Translations under genes and position numbers: made by a program
The notes under the pieces: generated by a model
Seen by the model: the letters and a program-made list of their open reading frames with translations, nothing else
The model's database searches: none
What the model was told of the DNA's origin: nothing
Shown here: piece by piece, positions 44,740 to 55,000 of the stretch
How the letters are laid out: every line of letters begins with the position of its first letter
Numbering within the stretch: the first letter of the stretch is position 1
Origin: Chitinispirillales bacterium
Lineage (GTDB): Bacteria > Fibrobacterota > Chitinivibrionia > Chitinivibrionales > Chitinispirillaceae
NCBI GenBank assembly: GCA_031281485.1
Contig: JAITFI010000101.1
Coordinates: 2,373 to 66,372, forward strand
Direction of reading: 5' to 3'
DNA length: 64,000 nucleotides

Positions 44740-45111
44740 GTGTCGAATATATCTGAAGTGGTTGTGATAGATGTCTCCGGTGTGATTGAACATCGAGGAA
44801 CAAAACATTGTGTGTGCGTGTCCGTGTCAGCTGAGAAATACTTGCTGATAAACACAAACCATCGTGATATATACGATGATTTTGAAATAAAATCGTCTGA
44901 ATACGCATTTCTGAAACCTAAAAATCGCTTTGTATGTTGCTCAGAAATGTATCATTTTGATTCTGATGAAATCATTAAGAGTGTTGGTACTCTCAATCGC
45001 AATGATATGATAAAAATTGTTGATAAGATACAAAACTCTGAAAGTCTGAAAAAGGCAGAAAAAGATTTTGTCATACTAGAACTTGGTAAATGGTTGTCGA
45101 AAAATCCTTGA
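44740..45111 (+). CDS. Unknown 123-aa protein, candidate toxin partner
   Basis: GTG start 1 nt after the upstream stop, GGTGG SD. AT-rich. No recognisable motif. Confidence 0.5.
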   Translation: MSNISEVVVIDVSGVIEHRGTKHCVCVSVSAEKYLLINTNHRDIYDDFEIKSSEYAFLKPKNRFVCCSEMYHFDSDEIIKSVGTLNRNDMIKIVDKIQNSESLKKAEKDFVILELGKWLSKNP

Positions 45112-45452
45112 GCGGTTGATGAGGGTAAGGCGGGAAAGATTGCGGAAAACCTTTCAAATTTACCAACCTTGATCTGCTTGAGTATGCAGTCGAACACACG
45201 CCCCCTCGGAGGGTGTCATAACTTTCGATAGCAAACTCATTATATTGGATTGAACGCTTTAATCGTGACATAGTCGGAGAGTGAGAAACATAGAGATCGT
45301 TCGCAGTCTTTGAAGTAAAATAGGGAGGATTATGGCGTCTGCGGCTTTGGCTTTATCCACAGCAATGTTAGGTACGATAGATGGTAGGGGCGCGGGCTTC
45401 GGTAGCACGCCTGCGTCTTGCGCCGTCATTTTGCTTGACACAATGAGAAATA

Positions 45453-45464
45453 CCCCCCCCCCCC
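45453..45464. repeat. Homopolymeric C12 tract
   Basis: 12 consecutive C. It is followed by ~75 bp homologous to the sequence after the C19 tract at 41137. Confidence 0.95.
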
Positions 45465-45666
45465 ATGCTTTAAGCGCTTTCCTAGGGGGCTGTATGCCCC
45501 GTAAATCAACGATTTGCCATCGGGGAGACATTTTTGTTACCCCAAAAACAATGCGCTGTAGGCGCGGTTTAAACGCGCTTTACGGGCATCCGTGTTTTGA
45601 CGTTTTTGTCTGTTTTGACTCCCAGAAAACTATCCGTTTGCCAAACACTTATCGAAAGGGTTTAAC

Positions 45667-46149
45667 GTGAAAAGACTAACGTTTTTTCTCTTCACGCTGT
45701 TATTCTTTACCGGAACCTCCGTGGCGGGGGTGAAATACGTGGCTGTTGTAGAAACAGAGATAGATGTGCAATCCGGCGCCTCCATCCAACTGAATTCGGC
45801 GGACGTAAGGCAAGTAACGGCGGCGCTTCGCAGGGAAGCCGTTAAAAACCTACCGTCCGGTAAATACAACATCATGACCTCTGAAACCGTTTATGCACAA
45901 GGCAGCGCCACTCTAGAGGCATGCGCCGAGGAAAACTGCGTCATCACCCTCGGAAGTAAAATCGGAGCTGACTACATAGTACGCGGGATTATAAGCAAAC
46001 TACGCACAAAGTTCACTTTGTCGGTCGAAATATACGAAACCGAAAACGGAAACTTGGTCGCTTCGTCCGACCTTGTCAGTTGCGACAATATCGAAGATCT
46101 TGTAAAAGAAGCCGCCGTCACTTGCGCGAATATGTACAATGTGATTTAA
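45667..46149 (+). pseudogene. N-terminal fragment of a secreted protein gene split by element 2
   Basis: Signal peptide plus an N-domain paralogous to 41272-42399. After ..VTCANMY it reads NVI-stop. The homology resumes at 61291. Confidence 0.8.
46123..46139. repeat. attL core of element 2 (17-bp direct repeat)
   Basis: TGCGCGAATATGTACAA, identical to 61282-61298 and in the same reading frame at both sites. Confidence 0.85.
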
Positions 46150-46245
46150 TACTTTTAGCCATTTTAAGTATAAGACAATATCCGCGTTTTTGATACAATT
46201 TAAGCGGTTTTTCACTTTCTAATCTTTCGCCGCTTTTCGTGATTT

Positions 46246-46288
46246 TGACTAACATTTATTTTTATGTTAGTCACACGTTAGTCAAATT
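46246..46288. promoter_or_regulatory. Inverted and direct TTAGTCA repeats (candidate integrase binding sites)
   Basis: TGACTAACAT-8nt-ATGTTAGTCA perfect inverted repeat, then TTAGTCAAATT. A 20/22 match to TTAGTCAAATGTTAGTCAAATT sits at 61221-61242. Confidence 0.5.
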
Positions 46289-46318
46289 CGCCCACTAACG
46301 TAGTAGGAATACCCCTCT

Positions 46319-47536
46319 TTAGACGTCGCCTCCTTCGTCGAGCGTTCGGGCGTCGGGAAGTAGGAGCGTATCAAGAGCGCCGCCCGCCGCCTTGCCTATA
46401 GTGTCGGCGGTGTTTACCATGGCCTCCGCCCTTGCCTCCGCGAAGGAATGCGAGTAGATGTCCAAAGTCATTTGGGCGGAGCCGTGGCCGAGGCTGTCCT
46501 GAACGCTTTTTATATCTGCCCCGCTTTTGATCATTAATGAGGCAAAACTGTGACGCAGTGAGTGTGGGTGAAAGTCGGGGGGGATGTCCGTCCCGGCTAT
46601 TATATTCTTAACCGCCCGCGCGTATGTGCTATTGTGTAGATACCCTCCCTGCGGGTTCGGGAAAACGAGGTTCTTGTCCGTCCACGCTGACCCCATACCG
46701 GCGGCAAGATATTCAACGTCGCGCCGGTGCTGAATTAAGAAACTCAAAAGGAACGGCGCAATTTTCAAAACGCGGAAACTACTCTTGCTCTTAGGCTGGT
46801 TCACGCGCCCCTTGTCGTCAACTCCTTTATTAATATCAAGAAGCCCCTTGTCAAAGTTGATGTCATTCCAAGTCAAAGCGCGTAACTCCCCGGGACGTGC
46901 ACCCGTAAATAACTGCGTCAACAACAACCCGCGCACCCCAATATTATCTATCTTAGCAAGTCCCAAAATAAACGTCTTGACCTGCTCCGGGGACAGTACC
47001 GGCTGCTTTTTGGCTTCTACGCGGAGCGCCTCAACGTCGCTGAGAGGGTTGGCGGCTACCATCTTTTTCTTGACCGCCGCCGTGAACATTGCGCTGAGGT
47101 AAACACGGATATTATTTATAGTCTGCGGGGATAACCCCGCAACGTTACGCAGTTCGGCAAGATATGCGGAAAGCCGCGCCGGAGTCAATTCCCTCAGTCG
47201 CTTACCGCCGAGCTTCGGAAGGATATGACGCGACAACGCGCCGCGCCGTTTTTCCAAAGTGTGAGCTCTCAGCTTATTCGGGGCTATGGTGTCAAAATAC
47301 CACTTCGTCAACTCGTTCAAAGTCATGGAGTCGTCGAAGTTGGCAAGGCCTTTACAGTCATTCTCAAATTTGGCGGCGAACTCCTTAGCCGCTTTTAGGC
47401 CTTGTTTATCGGATAACCCCGGCGGTGGCGTGAAAGTCGTAGTCTTTATGTGCTGACTCCCGTCCGTTTTGCGTCCGAGGCTGACGGTGATGTGATACGT
47501 TTTGCGGTGTTTGCCGCGAACTCTAACGCTGGCCAT
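46319..47536 (-). CDS. int: Tyrosine recombinase / integrase of element 2
   Basis: 405 aa from MASVRVRGK with AAGGGGG SD. GARPGELRAL, HSLRHSFAS and LGHGSAQMTLDIYSH catalytic boxes. Confidence 0.9.
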   Translation of the reverse strand: MASVRVRGKHRKTYHITVSLGRKTDGSQHIKTTTFTPPPGLSDKQGLKAAKEFAAKFENDCKGLANFDDSMTLNELTKWYFDTIAPNKLRAHTLEKRRGALSRHILPKLGGKRLRELTPARLSAYLAELRNVAGLSPQTINNIRVYLSAMFTAAVKKKMVAANPLSDVEALRVEAKKQPVLSPEQVKTFILGLAKIDNIGVRGLLLTQLFTGARPGELRALTWNDINFDKGLLDINKGVDDKGRVNQPKSKSSFRVLKIAPFLLSFLIQHRRDVEYLAAGMGSAWTDKNLVFPNPQGGYLHNSTYARAVKNIIAGTDIPPDFHPHSLRHSFASLMIKSGADIKSVQDSLGHGSAQMTLDIYSHSFAEARAEAMVNTADTIGKAAGGALDTLLLPDARTLDEGGDV

Positions 47537-48500
47537 TTTCGCCCCCTTCTGTTTCGAAGAACCCCGAATCATCATCCGGTAACTTACCCGGTACACCGGA
47601 GAACGCAACTACCGGTAGACCTTTGTCCGGGGTTGGCTTTTGGTCATGAATTTTACCTTCCCAAAAGGCCCTGCGGAGGTCTTTTAATCTATCCCCCAAA
47701 ATACTAAGCAAGACCCCAAGATATTTATCCGGCGTTAAAGTACCTCTTGCATCATCAGCGGTTTTAAAAGTAATATCCCCGCCGGATTTCTCATCATAAT
47801 TCAAAAAACTGTAGAGACGAGACAACAACTCTTCCGATGTCTTACACTTCTCCCGCTCACGCCACGAAAGAAGAATGTTTATTGCGGCTAAACATTTTTT
47901 TTTGCGTTCGGCGTTACAATACAGATCTGCCTCCGTCGCTTCGTGGGAAAATATAGGAATTTCGCCCCTTCCCCCTGGATACTTAGCGCGGATAGCCTCA
48001 AAACGTTCATCCGATACGCCGCAGTCGCAACTGGCAGCCAAAAAATTGAGTGTCACCAAAGAAGCCTCATTCAATCCGAACTTTTCGATAATTTTCCGAG
48101 TTTTGATGTTCCTTGTGGGGTGGTCGGTAAGCCCTACCAAGTAATCGGTTGATACGCCTAGCGTCTTAGCGAGGGTTATTAGGTTCTTTATTGGAATATC
48201 TTTCCCATCACCGCGTTCAATTCTTGCAATGGTACCCTGCGATATTATACCCCCCATTGCGCTGGAGAGCGCTTGCGTTGTCTTATGTCCCGCGTTTATC
48301 CGAGCTTTCTTGACCCTTTTGCCCATTTCTTTGATGCGCTTATTCTCTTCACCCTCTATTGTGTTTTTTTTGAGCGTTCCCGGGGTAGTATAAGTTGAAG
48401 CCGCCTCTAATATGTCCGCCCTGTTTGCCGCGACGTACTCCATTAGGCTTGATTTAGGCTCTTTGGGGCGCTTTTTGTTTATATCGTGAATATTTTCCAT
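47523..48500 (-). CDS. XRE-family repressor with C-terminal extension
   Basis: Start MENIHD. HTH: QALSSAMGGIISQGTIARIERG...NLITLAKTLGVSTDYLVG. Overlaps the int start by 14 nt. Confidence 0.75.
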   Translation of the reverse strand: MENIHDINKKRPKEPKSSLMEYVAANRADILEAASTYTTPGTLKKNTIEGEENKRIKEMGKRVKKARINAGHKTTQALSSAMGGIISQGTIARIERGDGKDIPIKNLITLAKTLGVSTDYLVGLTDHPTRNIKTRKIIEKFGLNEASLVTLNFLAASCDCGVSDERFEAIRAKYPGGRGEIPIFSHEATEADLYCNAERKKKCLAAINILLSWREREKCKTSEELLSRLYSFLNYDEKSGGDITFKTADDARGTLTPDKYLGVLLSILGDRLKDLRRAFWEGKIHDQKPTPDKGLPVVAFSGVPGKLPDDDSGFFETEGGENGQR

Positions 48501-48549
48501 AAACACTACCTCATTTATTGATAATATATGATACATCAAAAACCGCTTG

Positions 48550-48577
48550 TTTACAGGTAATTATACACTTATATTTA
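48550..48577 (+). promoter_or_regulatory. Rightward promoter candidate in the repressor/cro intergenic region
   Basis: TTTACA-16nt-TATTTA, followed by TTGATATTGATAATAT direct half-sites. Confidence 0.45.
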
Positions 48578-48664
48578 TGGTGTTGATATTGATAATATAA
48601 ATAATGGCGGCGAAAGAATCAAAATAAAAATAACTTTTTTTAAACTTAAAAAAGGGAGGGAGTT

Positions 48665-48874
48665 ATGGTTCTTGTTAAGGATTTGTTACGTCGGGCAAGG
48701 GTAAGGGTTTGTTCTTATGAGGATGCGATGGCGACGGGGTTGGCAGGACCCATATCTGCTGGGACAGCGACCAAACAACCGAACTTGAGGACGAGTTCCT
48801 TGTATCAGCGAGGGGGGAGATTTGTACGTTCCTATCCATGGAGCGAGATACCGAGAAACAGCTTGCAATGCTGA
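48665..48874 (+). pseudogene. Frameshifted paralog of the cro-like gene at 49197
   Basis: The first 20 aa (MVLVKDLLRRARV..) match 49197-49475. The homology then continues in another frame (..WDSDQTTELEDEFL..ERDTE..) to a stop at about 48920. Confidence 0.5.
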
Positions 48875-48983
48875 CAGAATGGCTAATCCAAAGGCTGGAA
48901 GACTTTGAATGTGAAGAGTAAAATCACCTAGGGCGGTTAAGTGCCGCCCCTATTACCACATTAACAAAAAAAGGAGGGGTTTT

Positions 48984-49142
48984 ATGACGGAAACCCAAAG
49001 AGAGGCGATTCGGGCGGCAAGGAACGAGTATTCAAGGAGGTACCGACGCGAAAACCCGGACAAGATCAGAGCCGCAACCGAGCGTTACTGGTTACGTAAG
49101 GCGGCCCGTATGCAGGCCGAAAAAGAGGGGGAATCTCAGTAA
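48984..49142 (+). CDS. Small basic protein (52 aa)
   Basis: AAGGAGGGG SD. MTETQREAIRAARNEYSRRYRRENPDKIRAATERYWLRKAA. Confidence 0.5.
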   Translation: MTETQREAIRAARNEYSRRYRRENPDKIRAATERYWLRKAARMQAEKEGESQ

Positions 49143-49196
49143 ACAACCGGGGCGGGGTTCGCCCAAAGTATTATAAACCATCAAATAGGAGGTAGT

Positions 49197-49475
49197 ATGA
49201 AGTTAGTAAGAGAGCTATTACGCAGGGCGCGTGTCGAGACTTATTCCAAAGACACGGGGAAAGAAGTATACGAAATGTGTCTCCGGTGGGATAAAAGCCG
49301 CCTAAGCAAGATAGAAAACGAGTTCCTTCAGTGTATGGAGGGGGACGTTCTCTCTTTTTTGTTGACGGAACGCGACGCCGAGGCGTACGAGGCGACGCTG
49401 ACGCGTGGCCTACTTGACCTGTTGGGGGACAACGATGTTGAGCGGTGCCAAGTACAACCGAATCGGGGCGACTAA
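49197..49475 (+). CDS. Cro-like small HTH protein
   Basis: 92 aa, AGGAGG SD. ..WDKSRLSKIENE.. resembles the recognition-helix region of XRE proteins. Confidence 0.5.
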   Translation: MKLVRELLRRARVETYSKDTGKEVYEMCLRWDKSRLSKIENEFLQCMEGDVLSFLLTERDAEAYEATLTRGLLDLLGDNDVERCQVQPNRGD

Positions 49476-49527
49476 ACGTCGCCCCTTTATATCCATATTA
49501 GTTGATAAACCAAGAAAGGATTTGATC

Positions 49528-49758
49528 ATGGAAACGAATGAAAACGCTGACGGCGTTTATACGCTCCCAAAAGCGGCGGAGGCTTGCAAGCGGGAAGGGC
49601 TGAATTTGAGTTACTCTCAACTCCGTGGGTTGGTGGCGTCGGGGAGGCTAAAATCTTTTAAAAACGGGCGGAGGTTCTATGTAAGTATGGCCTTACTGAG
49701 GGCGGCGCTGAAAGACCCGAACTCAACGCTCTGGGATAGTATTGATGGTGAAAACTAA
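49528..49758 (+). CDS. xis: Excisionase-family DNA-binding protein
   Basis: 76 aa from METNEN. YTLPKAAEACKREGLNLSYSQLRGLVASGRLKSFKNGRRFYV is excisionase-type HTH. Confidence 0.6.
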   Translation: METNENADGVYTLPKAAEACKREGLNLSYSQLRGLVASGRLKSFKNGRRFYVSMALLRAALKDPNSTLWDSIDGEN

Positions 49759-49817
49759 AAGGCCTACCCGCGCCGCCAGCGTGGATAGGCTAAACACCAA
49801 AAACGAAAGGATATATT

Positions 49818-50447
49818 TTGAGCTACAGTAATAATATAATATCCGGCAATGCGCCGAGTCAAGGATATTTTTATAAATATTCGCCCCGCCGTCAACGTAT
49901 CCGGCTGGGGGTGCAGTCCGCACCCTCTCCCGTTCCCGTCAAGTACAATGTCGCCAAGTTACGCGCTGAGGCGGACACTAACGGCGAGGCCGTCCCACTT
50001 CCGCTGGTCGTCTTTGAGAATTGGAGCGAGGTTAGAGCGGCTATAAATACCCTTTTGGACGTGCCAGCAATAGCTGTTTGTGAGGGTTATTTCAAGAGCT
50101 TCGCTTCTTATGCGTTGGGCTTCGTTTCCGCGCTGGTAGAGTTGCGCCGTTCCGGTCTTAGGGTTCGCCCGCTGTTATTGATTCCCACTAACGACGCTCT
50201 GGGCTATGGCCTCCGGGATATGGGCGAGCTTGCCGCCCTTCTGCGCAATGCCGGATTCGTCTTTACGTGGACAAACGCCCCCGACGCGCCGCATACCCTT
50301 TATTTATATCGGGATACGTATTACGGCGACTTTGCGGAAATGTTCAGTCAAGAACCTCAACTTGCGGGGAGGCGGTTATTGGACGGGATATTTGACGCGC
50401 TGAACTTCATAACCAATAGGGGGCGCGTCTATGGTACACATCTTTAG
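49818..50447 (+). CDS. Hypothetical protein
   Basis: 209 aa, TTG start with GAAAGGA SD. Confidence 0.45.
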   Translation: MSYSNNIISGNAPSQGYFYKYSPRRQRIRLGVQSAPSPVPVKYNVAKLRAEADTNGEAVPLPLVVFENWSEVRAAINTLLDVPAIAVCEGYFKSFASYALGFVSALVELRRSGLRVRPLLLIPTNDALGYGLRDMGELAALLRNAGFVFTWTNAPDAPHTLYLYRDTYYGDFAEMFSQEPQLAGRRLLDGIFDALNFITNRGRVYGTHL

Positions 50448-50619
50448 GCACGGGGAAGTTCGCCCAGACAAAAGAAGCCCTGAATATCGGGAACTACGTC
50501 GTATAGCCGCGCAGCACATCCAAAAAGGGCGAGGCGTGTCCGAGTTCGTGGCCGCAATGGGACGGCACGACGAGCCGGTATTTGAGGCGTTTATAGACGA
50601 AAACGGAGGCCGGTTATGA
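50431..50619 (+). CDS. Hypothetical protein
   Basis: 62 aa, overlapping both neighbours (ATGA with the downstream gene). Confidence 0.4.
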   Translation: MVHIFRHGEVRPDKRSPEYRELRRIAAQHIQKGRGVSEFVAAMGRHDEPVFEAFIDENGGRL

Positions 50620-51833
50620 AATGCAATGAAGCCGAATATTTAGAACTGTTTAACGCCGCGTTCCGTTACATAAATTTGACGGACGGCAGGGCGCTGTTCA
50701 TATCGGAGATGACCGAGAAGAATTACAGTTCCGAGGCCATAAGCCGCGCTTTCGATAATGCAACAAGGAGCGACACGCCGGACACGTACACGGGTACGGA
50801 GGCCGCCGCCGACGTGCGCCGCGTACAAACGAAGCGCCTTTCCGACGTTACACGAAAAGAGCGTAGTTGGCTATGGGGGAACGTGCTTTTGAGGGGCGAG
50901 TTAAACTCCATACAAGGCGTCCCCGGAGTCGGAAAAAGTTTTATCATTGCCGCAATAGCCGCCGCTGTAAGCAGTGGCGGCAAGCTGCCCACGGTATCGG
51001 CCAAAGAGGAATATGCGACAAGCGCAATGAGTGTAGTCGAGCTGGGCAAAGTTGCAATACTGACCGACGAAGACGACCCGTCCGTGATTGCTGAGAGGAT
51101 CGAGACTTTAGGCGGCGACCTAAACGAGGTTATAATTATCGATGAAGACGAGAGTATTCCGCATATCCAGTCTGACGAATTGGAGACTCTATTTGACGAT
51201 TTCAAACCCGCCCTACTCATTTACGACACACTACAAGCCTCTTTACCGCCCGATATTAACATAAACGCGGCAAACGAGGCGCGGAGCGCGTTCGGGCGGG
51301 TGCTTAGGCTGGCAAGGAAACATAATACTTGCGTCCTTTTCATTCAACATATCAACAAGAAAAGCTCCCATGAGGGCGGCGGTCATAGTGTCTTTTATGG
51401 CGTGGGTTCCGGTGCCATAAACGGCCTATTCCGTACCGTGTGGACATTGGGTCGCGTGCTCGATGACGAAGGCAAAGAGACTTCCGGCCGCGCTCTCATT
51501 GTAAGTAAAAGTAATTACGCAAAGGGACAAATGCCCGCCGTCCGCTTTTCGCTGACGTTCGCGGGCGGGTTCCAGTGGGGTGAGGTAGATTATGATATTT
51601 CAACCCATGACTTATTCGGAAAGCGTGCTGTTGGCCGGCCTAACCAGTGTAATGCGGCAAAGGCTTTTATTGAAGAATATTTGAGTGGTGGAATGAAACC
51701 CGCTGAAGAGGTAAAAGCTGTTGCCGAGCGCAATGGTATCAAGAAAGACCTATTCTATAAGGCGGCAAGGGAACTGGGCGGCAAGTACGAGCGCGTCGGC
51801 GGAACGTCATTTTTGCGCATAGGGGGATGTTGA
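50616..51833 (+). CDS. RecA-like (AAA_25/RepA-type) replication ATPase
   Basis: 405 aa. Walker A GVPGVGKS, Walker B LLIYD, and a QHINKK sensor-like segment. Confidence 0.7.
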   Translation: MKCNEAEYLELFNAAFRYINLTDGRALFISEMTEKNYSSEAISRAFDNATRSDTPDTYTGTEAAADVRRVQTKRLSDVTRKERSWLWGNVLLRGELNSIQGVPGVGKSFIIAAIAAAVSSGGKLPTVSAKEEYATSAMSVVELGKVAILTDEDDPSVIAERIETLGGDLNEVIIIDEDESIPHIQSDELETLFDDFKPALLIYDTLQASLPPDININAANEARSAFGRVLRLARKHNTCVLFIQHINKKSSHEGGGHSVFYGVGSGAINGLFRTVWTLGRVLDDEGKETSGRALIVSKSNYAKGQMPAVRFSLTFAGGFQWGEVDYDISTHDLFGKRAVGRPNQCNAAKAFIEEYLSGGMKPAEEVKAVAERNGIKKDLFYKAARELGGKYERVGGTSFLRIGGC

Positions 51834-51847
51834 CAAAATACAGATAT

Positions 51848-51975
51848 TTTATCAACGGTAAAATGAATTTATCAACTGGGGAAAAGTGGCGTTTTTAGTG
51901 TAATTAAGCGGTTTTTGGGGGGGGTAGATAGCTGTTTATGTTGTTGTTGATAAACCTACCGTATAGTTTATCAAC
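51848..51975. repeat. Iteron cluster (candidate replication origin of element 2)
   Basis: TTTATCAAC at 51848, 51868 and 51967, plus inverted GTTGATAAA at 51946. Immediately downstream of the ATPase gene. Another GTTGATAAA lies at 49501. Confidence 0.5.
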
Positions 51976-52037
51976 AACGGGCAAAGCGGGATTTGAGGCA
52001 GTTTGATATATAAACCTTAACAGTAGGAGGAAGTGCA

Positions 52038-55000
52038 ATGATAAACAGCATAATGTGCGTGTACATCGTCTTAGACGGCGATTCCGCGGAAAACATCGGG
52101 CAAGAAGACCCGTCTATTGGGCTATTTAAGGTCCTAAACACGGTCACAAATTCGCAAATGTACGCGCTGGTCTACGCGGAAGACGACTTGAGCCGGTACG
52201 GCGCAGGGGCAATAAAACACGCTACCGGATTCTTGGCGTCGAACGGGATAGGCGAAATATCCGAAGCCGGAAACTTTAAGTCTGGTGGCGGAAATGTGCA
52301 GACAAGGCAAACCAACATCACAATCAACAATACAAACGGGCTGACGGACTCGCTAAACCGTCTCGGCATTAGGCTTATCGGCCAAAGAGTATACATAGTA
52401 GAGTATAGTGACGGCGTTGCGAACCCGCTATATAGCGGCATTGTTGACGCGCTGACTTGGAACGAGACCACGATTCAGCTGGCTACGCTACCGAATACCG
52501 GATTAACGAGGCGGTCAAATGTTATGATTGACGGGCTACCGGTAACGCTTGGTAATTGCCGGTTGGCGGAGCACCTACGGACGGGAGAGCCAGTATATCT
52601 TAACTATTCCGACTTTGTGGCTAGCAATGACGCGGACGAGGATTTTATCATATCTAAGATACAAGGCGACATAGCAGGCAGTAGTTTGGCGCATAAGATA
52701 TTGATAGAATTAGGGGACAGCATAACCATCACCGAAAACGACATATATGACAGGCTACTTGAAAGGTATGGATTTAAACGCGATAGGTCTGTAAAGGCAA
52801 ATGATATAGCTGTTTTTGCCGTGATAAAAGAGAGCAATTGGGGCGTTCCGCTTCGTACGTATGATCCGTTTACCTTAGATCTCGTGGATTGGACTGAAGA
52901 CACAGGCGATCCCGGTATGCCGTATCGAGACCACCGGAGCGTATTTTTAGTAATACACTTGGAGAGAGAACTGTCGTTTGGAGATGTGCCGCCATACACG
53001 GTAAGACTTGTTATCCCCAACCTGCAATTTATGGCGGACGGCTGGCCAAATGCAAGCGTAGACACGCCGACACCAAAACAGTCATCGCCAAATATAGACT
53101 TGTACGGCGGCGACGGCGATATGTATGAGGTAGCAAACAGCTTAGTATTACCCATAAGACCGTATGGCCGCGCTATCGACTATGATAAAACGCGGAGAGA
53201 TATTAGCCACAGCATATATCCGGCAAAGATCGAAATTATGCCATTTGAGCTGTCAGACTCTACCCTCGCGACGATAGCCTCGTATCTCCCAGTAACACTA
53301 CCCCAAGATGTCAGAGGCAACACCGACATTGACCTGCTAGGGGAAAGGGGCGCCACGGGCCAAAGGCTATTCCTAATTGTTGATGATCGTATACTGCTAT
53401 TTCCGAACACAGCCATAAATTCTTGGACCGATGAATGGACAAGTGGCGGCAGGCGGCTAGAGTACCTAAACAATGGCCTGTATTGGGATACGGTGCCCGA
53501 CGATTCACAGGTTACAGTTTACCCTCCGGCGTGGGCATATCCTCCGAGATATGGCCCCGGCCCGGATAGGAACGAACTGCGCAGGGGTGGCGGATCAGAT
53601 GTTGATCTTTCTACGTACGCGTGGCTTTCGTTCAGGTCTGTAAACAGTTCCGGTGGCGGTTCCACCGGAAACTACGTCTGCGCCATAATCGTGGGTCTCC
53701 CAGCCATCCCAAATGGGTATAGCCACTACAAGGACGCGTTTTTGCATACGTCAATGGTGCTTAGATATACGACAGTAGATTCGCACGGTGGCCCTAAATT
53801 AGACGACATGGCGATAATGGCGATTACAAGAGGCGACACCAACAGCCGCACAATGCAGTCATGGCCGGACAGGATATTCTTAGGGCAGGGCGGTACCGTA
53901 CACATGGATAACCACATCGCCACGGCGCTTGACGGAAGTGGCCGCAACATATACGACCTTGAGGACCAGCGCGCGGAGTTTATCGCGAATGTCCTTAAAG
54001 ATGGTGATAGGCTAATTCGATTGACCGGCTACGAGAATTTCAAAATAGACGGAATAGATTTTCTGTCGGATCGCCGTAGGCAAATGGCAATTATATTTAA
54101 CGCTCCCAATGTGGACCCGGCGCCTCCGTACGATATGACGTTCGATCTCCGAATACACGAGATAGGTGTACTCTTCAAAGCCGACATAAACATCAGTGAA
54201 AGGATAAAATACCGCTCATCCGGGCGAACGTTCGGCGGTATAAACAGCGCCTACTCTGACATGGTATGGGAAAATAGGAAAGTTGCGCACAATCATATAT
54301 CTAATCCCATAGACGCCGTCGAACACTTATTACGTTTGTCAAATTGGGCTGAAAATGATCCGGGCCTATTGTATGCGCCGAATCCGGGCAAGCAATATGC
54401 GGCTGAACGCGCTACGCTAATTGACACCGAATCTTTCGACAGCGCAACGCTGAACCAAATTAGACAGCTATCAATGGCCGGACAAGTACTTGACGAGGGC
54501 AAGGCATATAACGACGCGATAGCCGATGATATATGCAAAGACTTTTACATCGCGAGAAAGCATAAACTCTTGACAGGCGTGGCTGTTGGAGGCAACACAT
54601 TAAACTGGATCGGAAACTTTGCGCCGCCCTTTGAATCGGTTGGCAGTTTAGACACGCCGCCGCCCGAAGGTGAGATACCGGTTGTTACGCTGAAAGAATC
54701 GCAGCTGGTGACGATAAAAGAGCCGTCGTCGCGGGATATATGGTGTCAGCCGATAGTCAAATATTTCCATGTGAACGGGATCGGATACACTAAATCAATG
54801 GCCGTGACCGGCATAGTAACAAATACGGCGTGGAACGCAGATCTTACCCCCGGGTTTGAGCCTTTGGACGGAGAGAGAGTGTGGAATAAATGTAAAACCC
54901 TATTCCTGAAATACGGAAACTTTGTTGAGATGCCTGAATCAGCGCAGGGGCAAGATTGGATTCGTGATTATAGCACGGCGCTTTGGAAAATAAACAAGAT

